DNA of 34,937 nt. It comes from Bipalium vagum (Eukaryota). Made by a program: the position numbers and the translations under genes. The stretch covers positions 137-35,073 of the forward strand of contig JBBMKC010210594.1 in NCBI GenBank assembly GCA_037834085.1, given 5' to 3'. Under the pieces are notes generated by a model. It made no database searches and was not told the DNA's origin. It saw nothing but the letters and a program-made list of their open reading frames with translations. Shown piece by piece: positions 1 to 13,600 of this stretch (its first letter is position 1; the number at the start of each line of letters is the position of its first letter).

Positions 1-2249
1 AAATCTTAAGTCAAAGATTTGAGAAGTAGTTTTTGGCAATGTTTTTATTAGTATTAGTATTAAGTATTTTATTATTAGTATTAGTTGTTTTTGAATTCCA
101 AAAAAACTAATAATAAATGTCACTGATCAATATCTATAAATAACAATTTAGGGTTTTCAATAAAATATGTATTAAATTTGATCGTTAATTATATTCTTTC
201 ACAATAATCTCTATAATTAACTAAAGGACCATTTTCAATAAAAAATTAATGTCAACTGAATGTTAATAAACCGGTTTCGGAAGTCGAAAAATGTTTTTCA
301 TTTTTGAAATATTGCTTTTTAATGTTTTCTACAATCATAAAAAGTATGAGATATTACATTCTAATTACAGATTATCCTATATTTTATTTTTCTGAAAAGT
401 AATTTTAGAAATATTTCCCATTCATAGTAATCATTGGGATAGAAATGCTATTCTTATTATGGTGAAAGATCAATAATATAATTAAATAATTTTGAATTAT
501 TCATAAAATATTGGAAATGTAACGAATTCTAATACATTGGTTATTGATTAATTACTTTTAAAGAACTCAATAAAAATATTTTAATGTTTAACTTATCAAT
601 AGTTTTCTCTGATCTCAGTTTTTTCTTTTACCTTTTTTCTAAGAATTAAAAAAACTAAAGTAATATAAAATAATTTCAGGACAATTGGTTTTTGATTTTC
701 TAAAAATTTAATTGAAATTATTAAGAGAAAAATCAATTATGTGTAAAAATAAATTTAGGAAACATCTAATATTTTTTTCTTGCAATCTGCTATAGATTTA
801 ACAAAAAAAATTAAAAATGATTGTTTAAATAAAATATTTAAATGAGCTTTTATCATATTAAATTTAAAAGATTTCAATGAAAATTAATAGAAAAATGGTT
901 TACAAAAAAGTAAAATATTTCATTATTTCATTTTATTTTTTTATTAATATATTTAAACTTCAAATAATTTTCTATAAATCCTGATTGATTAATTTTAATA
1001 TTTCACATTGATAATTTATAATTATGTAACTTAAATAGATTTTATCGATTTTATGAATATATGTAGATATTTCAAAAAAACCTTATATTAATTCATCATT
1101 ATTTGATAACCTTAAGCATTTTTAAATAAAACTACTATTCTTCTATTTAATATTCCTATAAAAAATTTAATTTTATTAAGTCATCACAGTTGTTTGTAGT
1201 CGAGACTGAAAACAATTCTGAGCACTTTTCTTCAGTAATTATTTATTGAATTGCTAGAATTAAATAAGAAATCAATTCTTTTTTACTGTTTCAGAATTTT
1301 TAAAATTCTATTGAACAAGAAACATAATTCTTTAGATTCCAGATTTACTTTGTCACTTCTTTTTTCATAACCTTTTCACTTTTTATAAATTAAATTGTTT
1401 CGATTCATTCAACAATCTTTTTATTAAACTCATTTTTTTATCTTTTCTACTTTTTAGGATTTTTTTACACATGAAAACTATTATTCCTTATTTATTACAT
1501 TATTTTGAGAAAGGGTTTGTTTATTGTTTTGAAATAATATACAGTAATTCAAAAATCATCTTTTTTGAAGTTGATTTGTAGTTTGTAACTATTATTACAC
1601 TTAAGAACTACTAACGATCTATTTTGAAAGAATAAAATCGGAGAAACTTACTTTTATTGTTAAAATAATATGAAAATAATAAATTAGATAAATATTTAAA
1701 CGATGTTTCCAAAAGACCAATCATATTGCACCACATACTTCTGGAGTAAAAATCAGTTTTAAATAATGATCATAATAAATAAATATTAACAGAAATGGTA
1801 AATAAATAAAAATACAATAACAATTTAATAATGATGGATTCAAAAAGAATGTATTTTCTGTTCTTTATAATTAATAAAAAAATATAAAATGATTATTAGG
1901 GCTATTAGAAAAAAAATGTTAACTCAACAGTTAAAACAAATATTATAAAATAAAATCAGATGTCTTTAAAATTTTTTTATTTTTATTTCATATGTAACAT
2001 TAGGCAATTTTTTTACCTTTTAAGATTTCTTATGTCTTAAAAATTAAGTCATTATGTCTTAAAATCTGAGACCATTAAATTTCGTTTTAATTCAATATAT
2101 ATTTTACTCAGATTTTATATGTTAAAAGGAAAACTAAAATTTATAAAATCAATGAAAGATATCAAATTGATATACTTATGTGGTATCAGACTAAATATTA
2201 TTCAACATTATTGATTCTCAAAGAATATTTTTTTACTATTTTAAAATAA

Positions 2250-2450
2250 TTAATAATAAGCTTTTGCGTTCATCTTTGTTTTTTTGTTAAACACAAAAGC
2301 CCACGTTAAGTACCACTTGACCCAACTCTGAGAACGAGTATTGTAGTTCGTCATTTTCAGACATATATTATGAGATATAAATGGTTGCCTGGTCAAATAA
2401 TATAAAAGTTTTGATCGTATATCTATAATGAAATTCTAAAAGAATGATCA
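2250..2450 (-). mobile_element. Heavily decayed Tc3/Tc1-like transposase fragment
   Basis: Minus-strand fragments DQNFYII*PGNHLY and LTWAFVFNKKTKMNAKAY resemble Tc3-type DEKKFNLDGPDG and VWAAF...KMNA..Y motifs, with frameshifts. Confidence 0.35.
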
Positions 2451-3849
2451 GGACATCATTTTTACTTGTAACCTTTTTGTTATTCTTGCATAAATAATAA
2501 TGATTATGTAAAAATATGTTTTAAACACTAAATTATGATTCCAATTAATTTTTATAGCCTTCGATAAATTGACTAATTTTCACTACAGAATATTAGCTTT
2601 TTAATTTATGATTTATTTAATCAATAGTGTTATTAATTATTCGGAAATAAATTTTTTAAATATCGATTTTTCATTGCTCTTGATGTATGTGTATTTTGAT
2701 ATTATGACTGAATTAAGATAAAAGAATGATTTGATTTTACAATTTCAAATGATAATTTTTATCTGCTTTTAGAATAATAATCAAATAAAATTCAAAAGGT
2801 GAACAAAAGCATTTATAGTGTAATCTAACTGTTTTAGACTTCTGTACGGTTTGATATAAAAACGTTTTCGTAAAATGTTTATCAATAATTTGTTTTTTAA
2901 TTAATGAGAACGAATTTTCTTTTTATAAATAATTTTTTATACCTGAACTTCAAAATACAATATATTTATATAATATTTATATTTTCATTCAAATTGGTCT
3001 TTAGAATTAGTTTCTACTGTTCCTAATTTAAGCTATTTAATTTCAGAACGTATTTTATTATTATTATTACTTTTATGTATTTCATCATCATTATTATTAT
3101 TTATTATATTTATATTGATGTACGATTAATTACGATTTATTATTGTTCTATGATTATTATTAATTATTTTAATCATCATCGATCAATTTTCAATGTTAAG
3201 TTTTTAATCGTAATTCTACAAAAGTTAAAATATGCGTTCGAATGTTTTGTTCAATAGATGTATAAATTTGCATTTGTTGACGTTACCTGTCACTGAAAGA
3301 AGGTTTACAAAATAAACAATGTTTAATTGTGGGGCCTTCATAGTATATGAAAACCATAAATTGTGTTGGCATATATCTATTACACTTTTGACTTTTTCCA
3401 GAATTTTAATTTTATGTTCCTTTTTATTTCTTGTATTTTCTTTTTGCGTTTTCAGTTACACATAAAAATTTTATTGGTATTACCATATTTTTAATTTTTA
3501 AATAAGCATATTTTATTCATTAATGAAGAAAAAGATTTTTGTTTTTTTAAAAATCTCAAATGTAATTTTAATTCTTGTTCTTTTATTATTATTAAGGTTG
3601 AGATGTTTTTATAAAAAATAAAGGATATTATATATATATTTGAGAGATTAATAATTGTATTTTCTACATTAAACTCATTATAACCTTTTTCTTTAATTAG
3701 ATCTTTTAATTTCTTTAGATTTTTTGATCTGACTTCTTTTATTTTGTATTTTGATTCTACAATTTACATCCGAAAAATATCAATAAAGTGGAAATATTTA
3801 TTTTTGGCATCATATAGTTAAAAAATGTTAGTTTAGTTTCTTACTGACT

Positions 3850-4270
3850 TAAAACCTGACAAGAACCAATAGCGAGTACATGTTACATAACCACCAGAAA
3901 TTTTATATTACATTCCAAAAAACAAGTACGAAAATACACAATTAGTGTTGTCAACTTTTATAGTCTCACTCAAATATAATCTCGGCCTCTTTGATTATCC
4001 CTCTGTCATTTTAATTTATAACCTGCATATGGAACCAATGATTTTTTTTCGTAAACGAAGTACTTCTCATGACCAATTTTTTCTTGTGCGAAGTGAGGAG
4101 CGAACATTCAGTCTCTTAGTCTTCATTTTGTTTAAGAGCATATAAAACACTTTCAGGTGTAACTCTTCCATTTCTCTGACATTTAATTTGAACTTCAAAG
4201 TTCTCGTTGACCAAGAACCATATTCCAAGAGCTCATGTGTTGGCTTTTTGCCATAGATCGGTTAAGCTTT
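3850..4270 (-). mobile_element. Possible decayed piggyBac-like transposase fragment
   Basis: Minus-strand pieces ELLEYGSWSTRTLK, SLLTSH, AEIIFE, VDNTNCVFSY and FWW occur in the order of piggyBac C-terminal motifs (L..G....GT.R, MLST.H, KP.I..YN, GVD..DQ..SY, KWW). No TIR identified. Confidence 0.35.
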
Positions 4271-4599
4271 TTAAATAGATATCAGAAGCAACTTTTTCCT
4301 ACTTTGCACTAAAATACCTAGAAAACAAGTTGTAAGGGTAAACTTGTTCGCAAAAAATTGAAATATTTTTAATTCGTATAGATATTTTATTAAAACAATA
4401 TCGTCTGATTTCAAGTCGAATTTTCTAAAAATAATTTTTATTGTTTGATTGATGCAAAAATGTTGAATGCATGTATTATTAGATGATGTTGGATTCTTGT
4501 TTGAAGTTGTGAATCGATAAGTGAATGTTTGCAAACCACGAAAAATCAATTAAAGTAAGGTGTCTTTCGAATTCAATCTGAAAAACGATGAGAGCGCAA

Positions 4600-4870
4600 G
4601 TGAAAATGAAAAAGTGCTATGCACAAAATTGAATTTATCTTAGAAAACTTAAGTGGAGGAAGACAATTTGCAACTGTGACCAGCCCTACAAAGCAACAAC
4701 AAAAAGGAACATACATGCTAATGGAAGACAATTTCAGAGTATTTTCGATCTCCAAAGACATAAAAGACATGCTGGAGTGAAATTGACAATTCAACATTGA
4801 AAAATTTAGCTATGTCAATCCCGAAAAGAATTTTTAATTTGATTTCCTTGTTAAAGCACAAGGAAAAAAT
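4600..4870 (+). mobile_element. Tc1/Tc3-family transposase remnant (C-terminus, internally deleted)
   Basis: IHANGRQFQSIFDLQ, then after a frameshift TCWSEIDNSTLKNLAMSIPKRIFNLI, matching the Tc3-like VYANGRQF...W..I....L..L..SMP.RI end. Confidence 0.7.
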
Positions 4871-5199
4871 ATATACAGGCTTTAATTGTATTTATAATTG
4901 TATTTTTTATTAATAAAACATCATTGCCTCTAAACGAATGTTTCGACTTTTCTGTGCATTTTTTACATTTTTAAATCTATATAAAGCCACATTGAATAAT
5001 TTATTACAAAAAGAGTTTTTTGGGTTCATTTATTAAAGGTAAATTAATATAAATCAAATTTATATTTATTAATTAGAGGACATAAAATATATGCAATTAT
5101 TCATGTGCGTCTAAACTAATGTTTATCAATGTACATGGGTGCAGTTTCTTCTATACATTTAGTATAGAAAATTTTGATAATTTCTCATGATCATGAAGT

Positions 5200-5560
5200 T
5201 ATACTAAAAGCATATTAACCTTTTGCGATAAGTAAAACAATAACAAAACCTGAGAAAGGTCAACACGAAGTGACTTTGCTGCACGTCAAAACTAAGATAA
5301 ATGTCACAAAAGAATTCCAGGAAATTTTAGATCATTAATGAGAGGTACTATCTCTTTTTTATCAGACTGTTTCTTCTAACCATCTATTTTGGTTGCTGGT
5401 GTACTCACTTATCGAAAAACAATTTAAATCTTTTGAAGTGATTGAAAATTGTGACTGATTTGAAAGTCACCAAAGATGCAGATTTATTTATTATTTTATT
5501 CAGCAGTTTCTTCAAAGATTAAAGAAATCATTCCTAACGATGGCTATTAATTTGAATAGT
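5200..5560 (+). mobile_element. mariner transposase remnant (C-terminal part)
   Basis: Frameshifted KPEKGQHEVTLLH...EKQFKSFEVIEN...IIPNDGY*FE*, typical of the mariner KRP...V.LLHDNA...F.S.E.....NG.YF end. Confidence 0.65.
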
Positions 5561-5781
5561 TTGTCTTTCAGGGTCAATATTAAAAAAATTATTTAAAAAA
5601 AGCTCATTTTCAATCGACATAATCATTCTTGAATTATTAAAAATCGTTATTCTTCAGATTATATTCCAAAGCATGATTAAACAAACATTGATTTCTGATT
5701 TTTGAAAGTATATTCTGTTCTTTTTATACTTAATTAATTTTACAATCATAGTGCTTAAGCGGGTTGTAGATGTTTCTTTTA

Positions 5782-6570
5782 TTAGGGTGAGTTATAATAA
5801 TTTGCGTTTTTACGACTTTAATACGAAAGACAAAAAATGCCAGTAACGTAACATTTATTCATCAAAATATAAACTATTGCGTTTTCTTGTTTTTAATCAA
5901 CTTTTGACCAGTCTTTTTATTCCTCTGTTATTATTAAATCCTGTGTCTTTGGAAGCAAAATTTTCATAAACTTTTTCCAGTTTTTGTCAAATAAGTACGA
6001 CTATCAGGAATTAGTAAAAAGCAGATTATCCTATCAAAATTCCACCACATATGAAAGCACCTTTTATATCACATCTGTTAGGGTTTGGTAAAGGAATTGT
6101 ACTTTCGTCTGACGATAGCCATTGTTTTTCTTGTTGGGGTTGTTAAATAAAAAATTTTCATCATTCGTGATAATTTTCCTTATAAATCGATATCTCAAGG
6201 ACTAGAAAATATTTTTCAAAAATATCAATTTGATGTTCTTGTTATACATTCACTACATGCGGTACATTACGGAAGCACTTACTGACCTTTCCAAGTTTAT
6301 GTTAATGTCGAGTTATAGTTTATTGTGAATATTTTAATTCTGGGGAAAATTTTCTTGTGCTTTTTACTGGTGCATAATAAAAGCTGGTATCACTATTTTT
6401 AAACGTTTTGAACCATTCTTTTGTAGTTCAAATTGATATTGTTCTTTCATCTTCCACTTCACATATCTTCCTTGCTGTAGTAATTGCTTTCCAGTTTTGT
6501 TTCCAGTAATGTCTCAAAATGAATCTGATTTCGACTGGTAAATAGCTCACGTTGAAAGTACATATCTAAA
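5782..6570 (-). mobile_element. mariner element remnant
   Basis: Minus strand reads EIRFILRHYWKQNWKAITTARKICEVEDERTIS..TKEWFKTFKNSDTS (HTH), KIITNDE (first D), KQWLSSDE and WWNF. A mariner-type TIR TA|TTAGGGTGAGTTATAATAATTTGCG lies at 5782. Confidence 0.85.
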
Positions 6571-7145
6571 TAAAATTTCAAAATAAATACACGTTTTTAA
6601 TATTAAAAACAATTAGTATATTTTATATAATAATATATAGTATAAATAATATCAATTAATGATTATTTCGATATTTGAACGTTAATATACTTAAAATATT
6701 TTATTATAGAAAAAAATTTTTTAAAAATGACTCACTCCAATGCATTGGGACATAATCAAAAGAAAATTATCATTTTTCCAAAAAATAGTAAAATTTATTG
6801 ATTTTATTAACATATTATTTATATTTAATAAGAAAATTTTCGATCAAATCTTTGTCTATTTTCGTAAAAATTGTGAAACATTTTTATATTTTAATCGATA
6901 GCATTGATTATATTAATCTTACTATTTTAAGATTGATAAACATTAATTTCTTCAGAGTAAAAAAATGATAAAATTAGGTAAACCTATATACCCAATAATT
7001 ATTATTTTTAACTGGAAGGTCTCTGATTTTGTACTACTAAAATAGTTCAATTTATTGTTAAAAATCAATTTTTATGAACATTCCTTATTATCGATTTTAC
7101 TTTAAATTTCAATCTATTATTTTTTGTTTTTATAATTGTAAACAG

Positions 7146-7626
7146 ACATTTCGAAATTCCAAATCCTCCAATGATCTCAATCTTTATTCCGAAAAAATCC
7201 TTGATACAAATTTTGTGCCAGAGAATAACATACGGGATTTTATTCAAGAAGAATGTACAGATGGTTCTTTAGCCTTATCACAAAATTCGCGAGACATATC
7301 AGACAGCTTATTTGCACTAGAAATGTTATCTGACGATTGCAGAAGGGAAATAGATTTCAACAAACATAGTCCTGAACCCACAACAATTCCCTTACAAATT
7401 ACCCGAAAACAAGCTTACAAAAGTTCAATTGACGAAACCGATATCTTACTTCAAAGTGCTTCACCAAAGTACAAGCTGAAAAAGGCTACTAATAATGTCA
7501 GTGTTGGATACCAAAAGGACCCAGTTTACACTGTCAAAAAGAAAACTGGTTCATTTATGGTCGAAAATTCTGCATTGAAAAATCGATATCAAAGGACGGC
7601 AAATTTATCTGTTGGCAATAATCTGT
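7146..7626 (+). CDS. Large Ser/Thr/acidic-rich exon, probable N-terminal region of the RhoGAP gene
   Basis: Lies in the 196-aa ORF 7074-7664. Acceptor AAACAG|ACA and phase-1 donor CTGT|GTACGG match the next exon at 9190. GC content is higher than the flanks. No recognisable domain. Confidence 0.65.
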
Positions 7627-10600
7627 GTACGGTTATTTATATTTTTGAACCGAATATTCAGTAAAATCAATTTGACAAAAATGTATTGATTTGTTAATTG
7701 TAGATCGATCAAAATTGAACTGTATACAACTTCTTCGCATATTTGGTTTATTCCATCTTTATTGGATCTTTTTCTTTTCACTGTTCTATTAGCGATTTTT
7801 AAATCTTTAACTATTAATCATGCACTTTCAATTTTTATTCTATGTACCGAGTCATTCAAAATTAACATATCACTTGTTAATTTAGAAAATCTTGTCGATT
7901 GAAGACCGTATATTTATTGTGAAGAAATTTTTATAAGAAAGGTGAATCTATTGAACAAAATATTAGAGAATTTGAAACAGCACAGAACTTTGCGGTACTT
8001 ACCTGATTGACATATTTATTATTCGTGCACTTATTACAAAATTTGGGAAACATGGGACATCTCTTTACTACAGAAAAGGGGACAAAAACAAAATGCAGAA
8101 ATGAGACATCGTAAAGTCAGTTGCAGAACAGACTTTGCTTTTAACGTTTACAGCTACCATTGGTAAGATATCTGACCTGCTACAAACGACTGTTTGCAGA
8201 TTATTACAGCATTAATTTAAACTTCGTCCTTTTAAATTAAGTTAGTCAAGTGCTATCTGAAACTATTCAAATGAGCTATTAATCATTCTGTCAAAAATTC
8301 CTTTCCAAATTTGAGGACGAGGGTAGATCTTCCTGAAAAATATCTGGTGGAGCGATGAGTCAAATGTACATATTCATGCATTACCAAACAGGAAAAATTG
8401 CCAGCTGTTGGACTGAAAGCAAATGTGATGTGCCAATAATAGAGATACCTCTATTTTCCCCATCAATATCCTCCTCACGTGCTATTGCCACAAAAATCTT
8501 GCTTAATTTCAAGCTCGGTACTAACCTAGAAATTTATAAAAGATTCCCATTGACATGCTCTGTATGTGATTTCTGGTTGTGGAATACTGTGAAGGAAGAC
8601 ATATATGCTGATCGTTGGCCTATTATTCTGTTTGAAATGAAAGAGAAAATCGGAGGCATTTGAAAATATTCAAACTGAAATCTACCTGTGATTTTGAGTT
8701 TTATAAAGAGAATGACTGTTTTTGTTGATGCTAGCAGAGCATCTTGAGGATGTTTTGTCAAATTATAATTCGAAATATTGTTAATGTCAATAAATTTACT
8801 TCTGACTTATTTTTTTGTTTAGTTACCTATAGAAAAATAAGATGGTAGGTTAATTTTGAATGACCAAGTATGTTTTCTTTTTCAAAAATTTTACTGTTTA
8901 TTTAAAATTTTTAATACGTCTGATATAATAATGATTAATTAATTATTATTATCATTATCATTTTATTTAACAAAATCAGTATATTCATAAATTTATCCAA
9001 ATTTTTAATTATTTTGCTAATTATCATACATTTTACAGCTTTATCGACATTGTCTAGTTATTGAAAAAAGAAAGTTTTGTTTTGAATACTTTAAGTTTTA
9101 TATAAGATGTTACATATCAATAATGTAAATTATTTAAACCAATAATTTTTTTGTTTTATTATGAACCTCTTACTCATTTCTTTTTCCAGCCTTGTCAATC
9201 AATAAATCACAAACCCAAACTCAGAACTATTTTCAAAATCCGACTATGGCAAATGATTTTGTGGAGGGAAAGTAATTTATTTTAGATGATTTCTTTATAG
9301 ACCATTTTACAAATTTAGCATTGTATCCGTGAAGGCTAAGCCCACATCAAGTCAGTCACTGTCATTGGTCAGTTACATATTGTTTTATTGGTTGTGTTCT
9401 TTATAAGTAGTATAAGTATAAGTTCTTTATAATTAATACATCTATNNNNNNNNNNNNNNNNNNNNNNNNNNNNNNNNNNNNNNNNNNNNNNNNNNNNNNN
9501 NNNNNNNNNNNNNNNNNNNNNNNNNNNNNNNNNNNNNNNNNNNNNNNNNNNNNNNNNNNNNNNNNNNNNNNNNNNNNNNNNNNNNNNNNNNCGCTTGGTT
9601 ATAGATTCCACAGACTATCCCAGAAAAGACTTTGTTATCAAGCGATATAGAATTGGAAATAAAGATTTTACTTTTCAAAGAGAAGGTATTAACATATTTT
9701 CATTTAACGTTCAAACTTATTTATAACTTATCATAATAAAAATAATAACTTATAAATATTCTTATAAGACGCACCTTAATTTTGACAGTCAAAACTCTCT
9801 GTATATAATATATAAATAAATATATGATATATATAAAAAATAAATATAATTAAATATCAATATAAAATATTAAAAATTAAAAATAAATAAATAATTAAAA
9901 ATAAATAATTAAATAATAATTAAAAATAATAAATAAATATTAATTAAAAATAAGTTAAAATTAAAATATTAAATATAATTAAAATGAGAGATTTTTCAAT
10001 TTTTTTACAAAATCGATATTGTTATATCATTCAAATTGTGCTTTATAATCAAGCCAATTATTTTTCTTATTTCTTTAGTAATTTCTGATTAAATTGTGGA
10101 ACACGTATTATTCTATTACTTAACTGTAAATTGTTAAAAAAAACTAAAGTGCGAATATTTTTAAGAATTGTCTACAAATAAGAATTTTTAGTCAAATCTG
10201 TGATTTTTAAAGATAATCAGTAATTTTTTAATTATAAATTTTAATGATATAAAGATTTCCGATTTGTTATTGAATATTATCAATATTGACATCAGTATGT
10301 TTATAAACCAAAAATTTTTATTATTAATTATTTATTTTTGCCATCATAATTTGATAATATCCAAACAATTCTAAATTGTTAAATTATGGAAAATCGATAT
10401 TATTTTAGATTATTTTAAATCTTATATATATAATTGATGCAGAAAATTTGAGGAAAAAAATTATTCATTTTGTCATGTTATTCTTGAAGAATTTAAAAAT
10501 TTTAAAAATATATACAGGGTTGCCTATAAGTACGTGTACTATCTAAGTTAAGATACTTGAACAATAAGAAAGTCAATTGGCTAACAACTTTATTAATAAA

Positions 10601-13600
10601 ACAAATAGGCATATAAAAACGACTTCTATAACGAATTTTCAAAGTGGTCTCTATCGGCTTCGATACAGGTTTCAATTCGCAGTGATAGACAGCGTTAACT
10701 TTCACATTTTTATAAATAAACCCAAGGAAGTTAGTTTCTGTACCTCTGACACTAACCCAGACCTTTTATAGCAATTTTTCGTTTGCGAATGTTCATGAGA
10801 GATGGATTGAGAAGCTGGTATTTATTTTGCGGATTTCTGGCAGCTTCGATTGTAAAAACTTTGTCATCTGACCAAAGAACGTCTTCGATAAAGTACACCT
10901 TGAAAAAATCACATAACTTGCATTTTTCTTTTCGATTTTGTTTTGCTTGGTCATTGATAACGATAACTTCGAAGGCTAAGACCATTATGAAAAATTGACT
11001 GATGAGTTGAATGAAACATTTGGAGATCCTTTGCTATTTTATTTAAACTGTCATATCTGTTATTCTCCTTTTGATGATTCCACGAATTCGTCTTGTATTC
11101 ACAAATCTTGACCGATCATGTTTTTTCTTTTCTACCATTGTTTCAGGACCTTATAAACTAACAAATCGAGCATTACTGGCTTGTTGCAATAGCAAAGGGT
11201 TTCATCATTGATTGGCCCAAATTAAATAAGGCTTCTGGAGCTAAAATTATACCCCCACATTAAACATGAATAGAAAAGCATTCATTTGATAGTTATACTG
11301 AATTTTTATTGCCCCAGACACCATAGTTTATATATAGGTAATGTATATGAATTTTATAATTATGTGGATTTCTACATCGATTATAAAATTTCTATATGTA
11401 TTATAAAATGGTTAATATTGCTTACCCCGAGCTTAGCGCATTTGTAAAAGGAAGAATTGTTGTTGTTATGTTTGAAGCTGGATTCTTCAAACCTGATGTT
11501 GCACGCAGAGTGTATAGGGACCACAAAACTATAACATATTGATGGGCAAGATGGCAAAAAATTGGGAATATTGAGCGCAAAGAAGATCGAGGGCAACATA
11601 GTTTTCATGCTGAGCGGATGGACATAAAAATTTGCCATTCTGTTCGGCAATCTCGATTCAGGTCTTACAGGCTCTAAAGATAACAGAACTATATTTTAAA
11701 CAGTCTATTTCTTAGTATTTTACAGCACCCTGCCATGTAGTTAAGTTTTCACTTATTTAGACCGATTATCAGAAATCCATTGAATCCACTAAATCGTTCT
11801 AACCGATTAATTTTGTGTACTTAAAGTTTTCATTGGTCTAATGAAAGTTGAGAGAAGGCTGCTTTAGCGACAGATCACGGTTCTGTTTAAATATTCAAGG
11901 TAGAAGAGTTCGAGTTAGATAGAAAATTACAGAACGGTTTTTGGATTTTTGCATCGCACAACCCCACCAAACGGATCTGCGGAGCCACTTGTCTCCCTGG
12001 AATTTTTTAAATGTATACTGAAAAAACAGTGGAACTTAATTCCTTTGATACAATCAAGTCTTTGTTCCACAGTATGTTGAGACAAATTGCAGAATGTGCC
12101 GAATAGAATGGTGGTTGTGAGATATTGAAAATTAGTCAGGGGGATGTAGCTCAGCGGTCAGAGCAGTGCATGCGCATGTGAAGGTCCCGGGTATCTCCGA
12201 TTAATTTTCACTAACAGTGGTCATACATCATAATGATTGAAATTTTATCAATAAATGTTTTGTTGACATTTGTATGCTTGTTTTTAACAAGTTTAACTTA
12301 ATAGGAATTGTAAATTTCAAATTATGGAGTTTTTTAATCATTTTTTAAGTAAGGGGGAGGAATAATTTTTGAGCGGAGGAATAATAACATTTATTTTTAC
12401 AATGTTCGTTAATAAATTAAAAAAAATAAATATTAAAGAAAAAAATTTGTTAAAAAATATTAATTACATTTCTTCTAGTCGATAAGGATTATCTTATTTA
12501 AGTTTATGATTTTATTTGAAATTATGGTTTTTAAAATTCATTATTTTTATTAAAATTAAAAAATACTTAATATGATTAAATACAAGTTTGAAATAATTTA
12601 TCGTTTATTTTGTTGAAATTTTTCGATTAGAAATAATCAATAAATTATCAGTGATAGAGAAAAACACATCGCGTGGAACACAAAAGCAGCGATCGTTTTA
12701 AAGATGAATACAGCAGTGAAAGATGATAATAAAACCATTAATTGAACAAATATATTAGATCAGTCATGAATAATCAGATCAGTTTAGTAAGCAAAAACGG
12801 GGTCACAGTAAGAAATCACCAGCTTGAAATGTGACAGAGAAGCTATTGGGTAGATGGATGGTTGAGTTTTTCCATTGATGATAATGAAATACTTGAGTTT
12901 TATTATTAAATTTGTCGGAAAAAATGCACTTCATTTTTCATTTTGGAAATGACTATATTTAATCTGTTTTTTTCACACAACATTTATGAAATAATCAATA
13001 CAAATTGTAACTGTTACTGTCAACTCTAAAATATCTACTCCTTGAAATGTAGTTTGCAAAGTTTTAAGAATTAAATATTATTTAAATTTAGTCAAGTTGA
13101 TTCGAAAAGTTATTTTCGTCAAATTAAATCAATATCTTCAAAAATATCTTAAAAAATAATCAAAATAATATGAACAATGTTTTCTTCCAAGTATTTCTTT
13201 ATTTCCAAATGATTAATTTTTGTGAAAAAAATTGATAAAATTGAGATGGAACTTCTTTTTCGAACTTAGACTTATATTGAATATTTAAAATTCTGTGAAA
13301 CTAAATTAATTTCACTTGAATGGGCTTTGGGGTTGATTGGAGATTTGTATTTCTTTTGAATATCATAGTGAATGAACATCTTTTTAATGTTATTAATTTT
13401 TTGTTTGCTGATTTCTCAAATCACAGTTTTCATATATTAATAAACAGTGATAATATTATATGTCATTTTGAACTGATCATCCCTAATATTCTTTTAATTT
13501 TTAGATTTATTTTTAAATGAAGATTATTAAAATTAAGTTGTGCACGAATTTGGATACGTTTTAATTTTTCAATCGAATTTATTAATATTTTTTTATTGTT

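Noticed and set aside
3075-3257. Short Ile/Tyr/Phe/Asn-rich ORFs (also 13320-13520, 18792-18989, 21754-21957, 24412-24609, 31396-31590, 34361-34604)
   Set aside because: Composition simply mirrors AT-rich low-complexity DNA; no motifs or splice support.
9369-9678. ORFs spanning N runs (also 20927-21232)
   Set aside because: Artefacts of assembly gaps.
11381-11650. Minus-strand 89-aa ORF (similarly 8534-8761, 10783-10998, 22821-23021, 33241-33483)
   Set aside because: Antisense to transposase or protease remnants on the opposite strand.
11740-12130. GC-richer segment before the tRNA relic (also 12640-12900, 15160-15360, 21970-22050, 25120-25330)
   Set aside because: Probably old TE debris or stray exons, but no assignable motif or consistent splice phase.
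12140-12199. Functional cytosolic tRNA-Ala gene
   Set aside because: No T-loop or B box and a poorly paired anticodon stem; recorded as a pseudogene instead.
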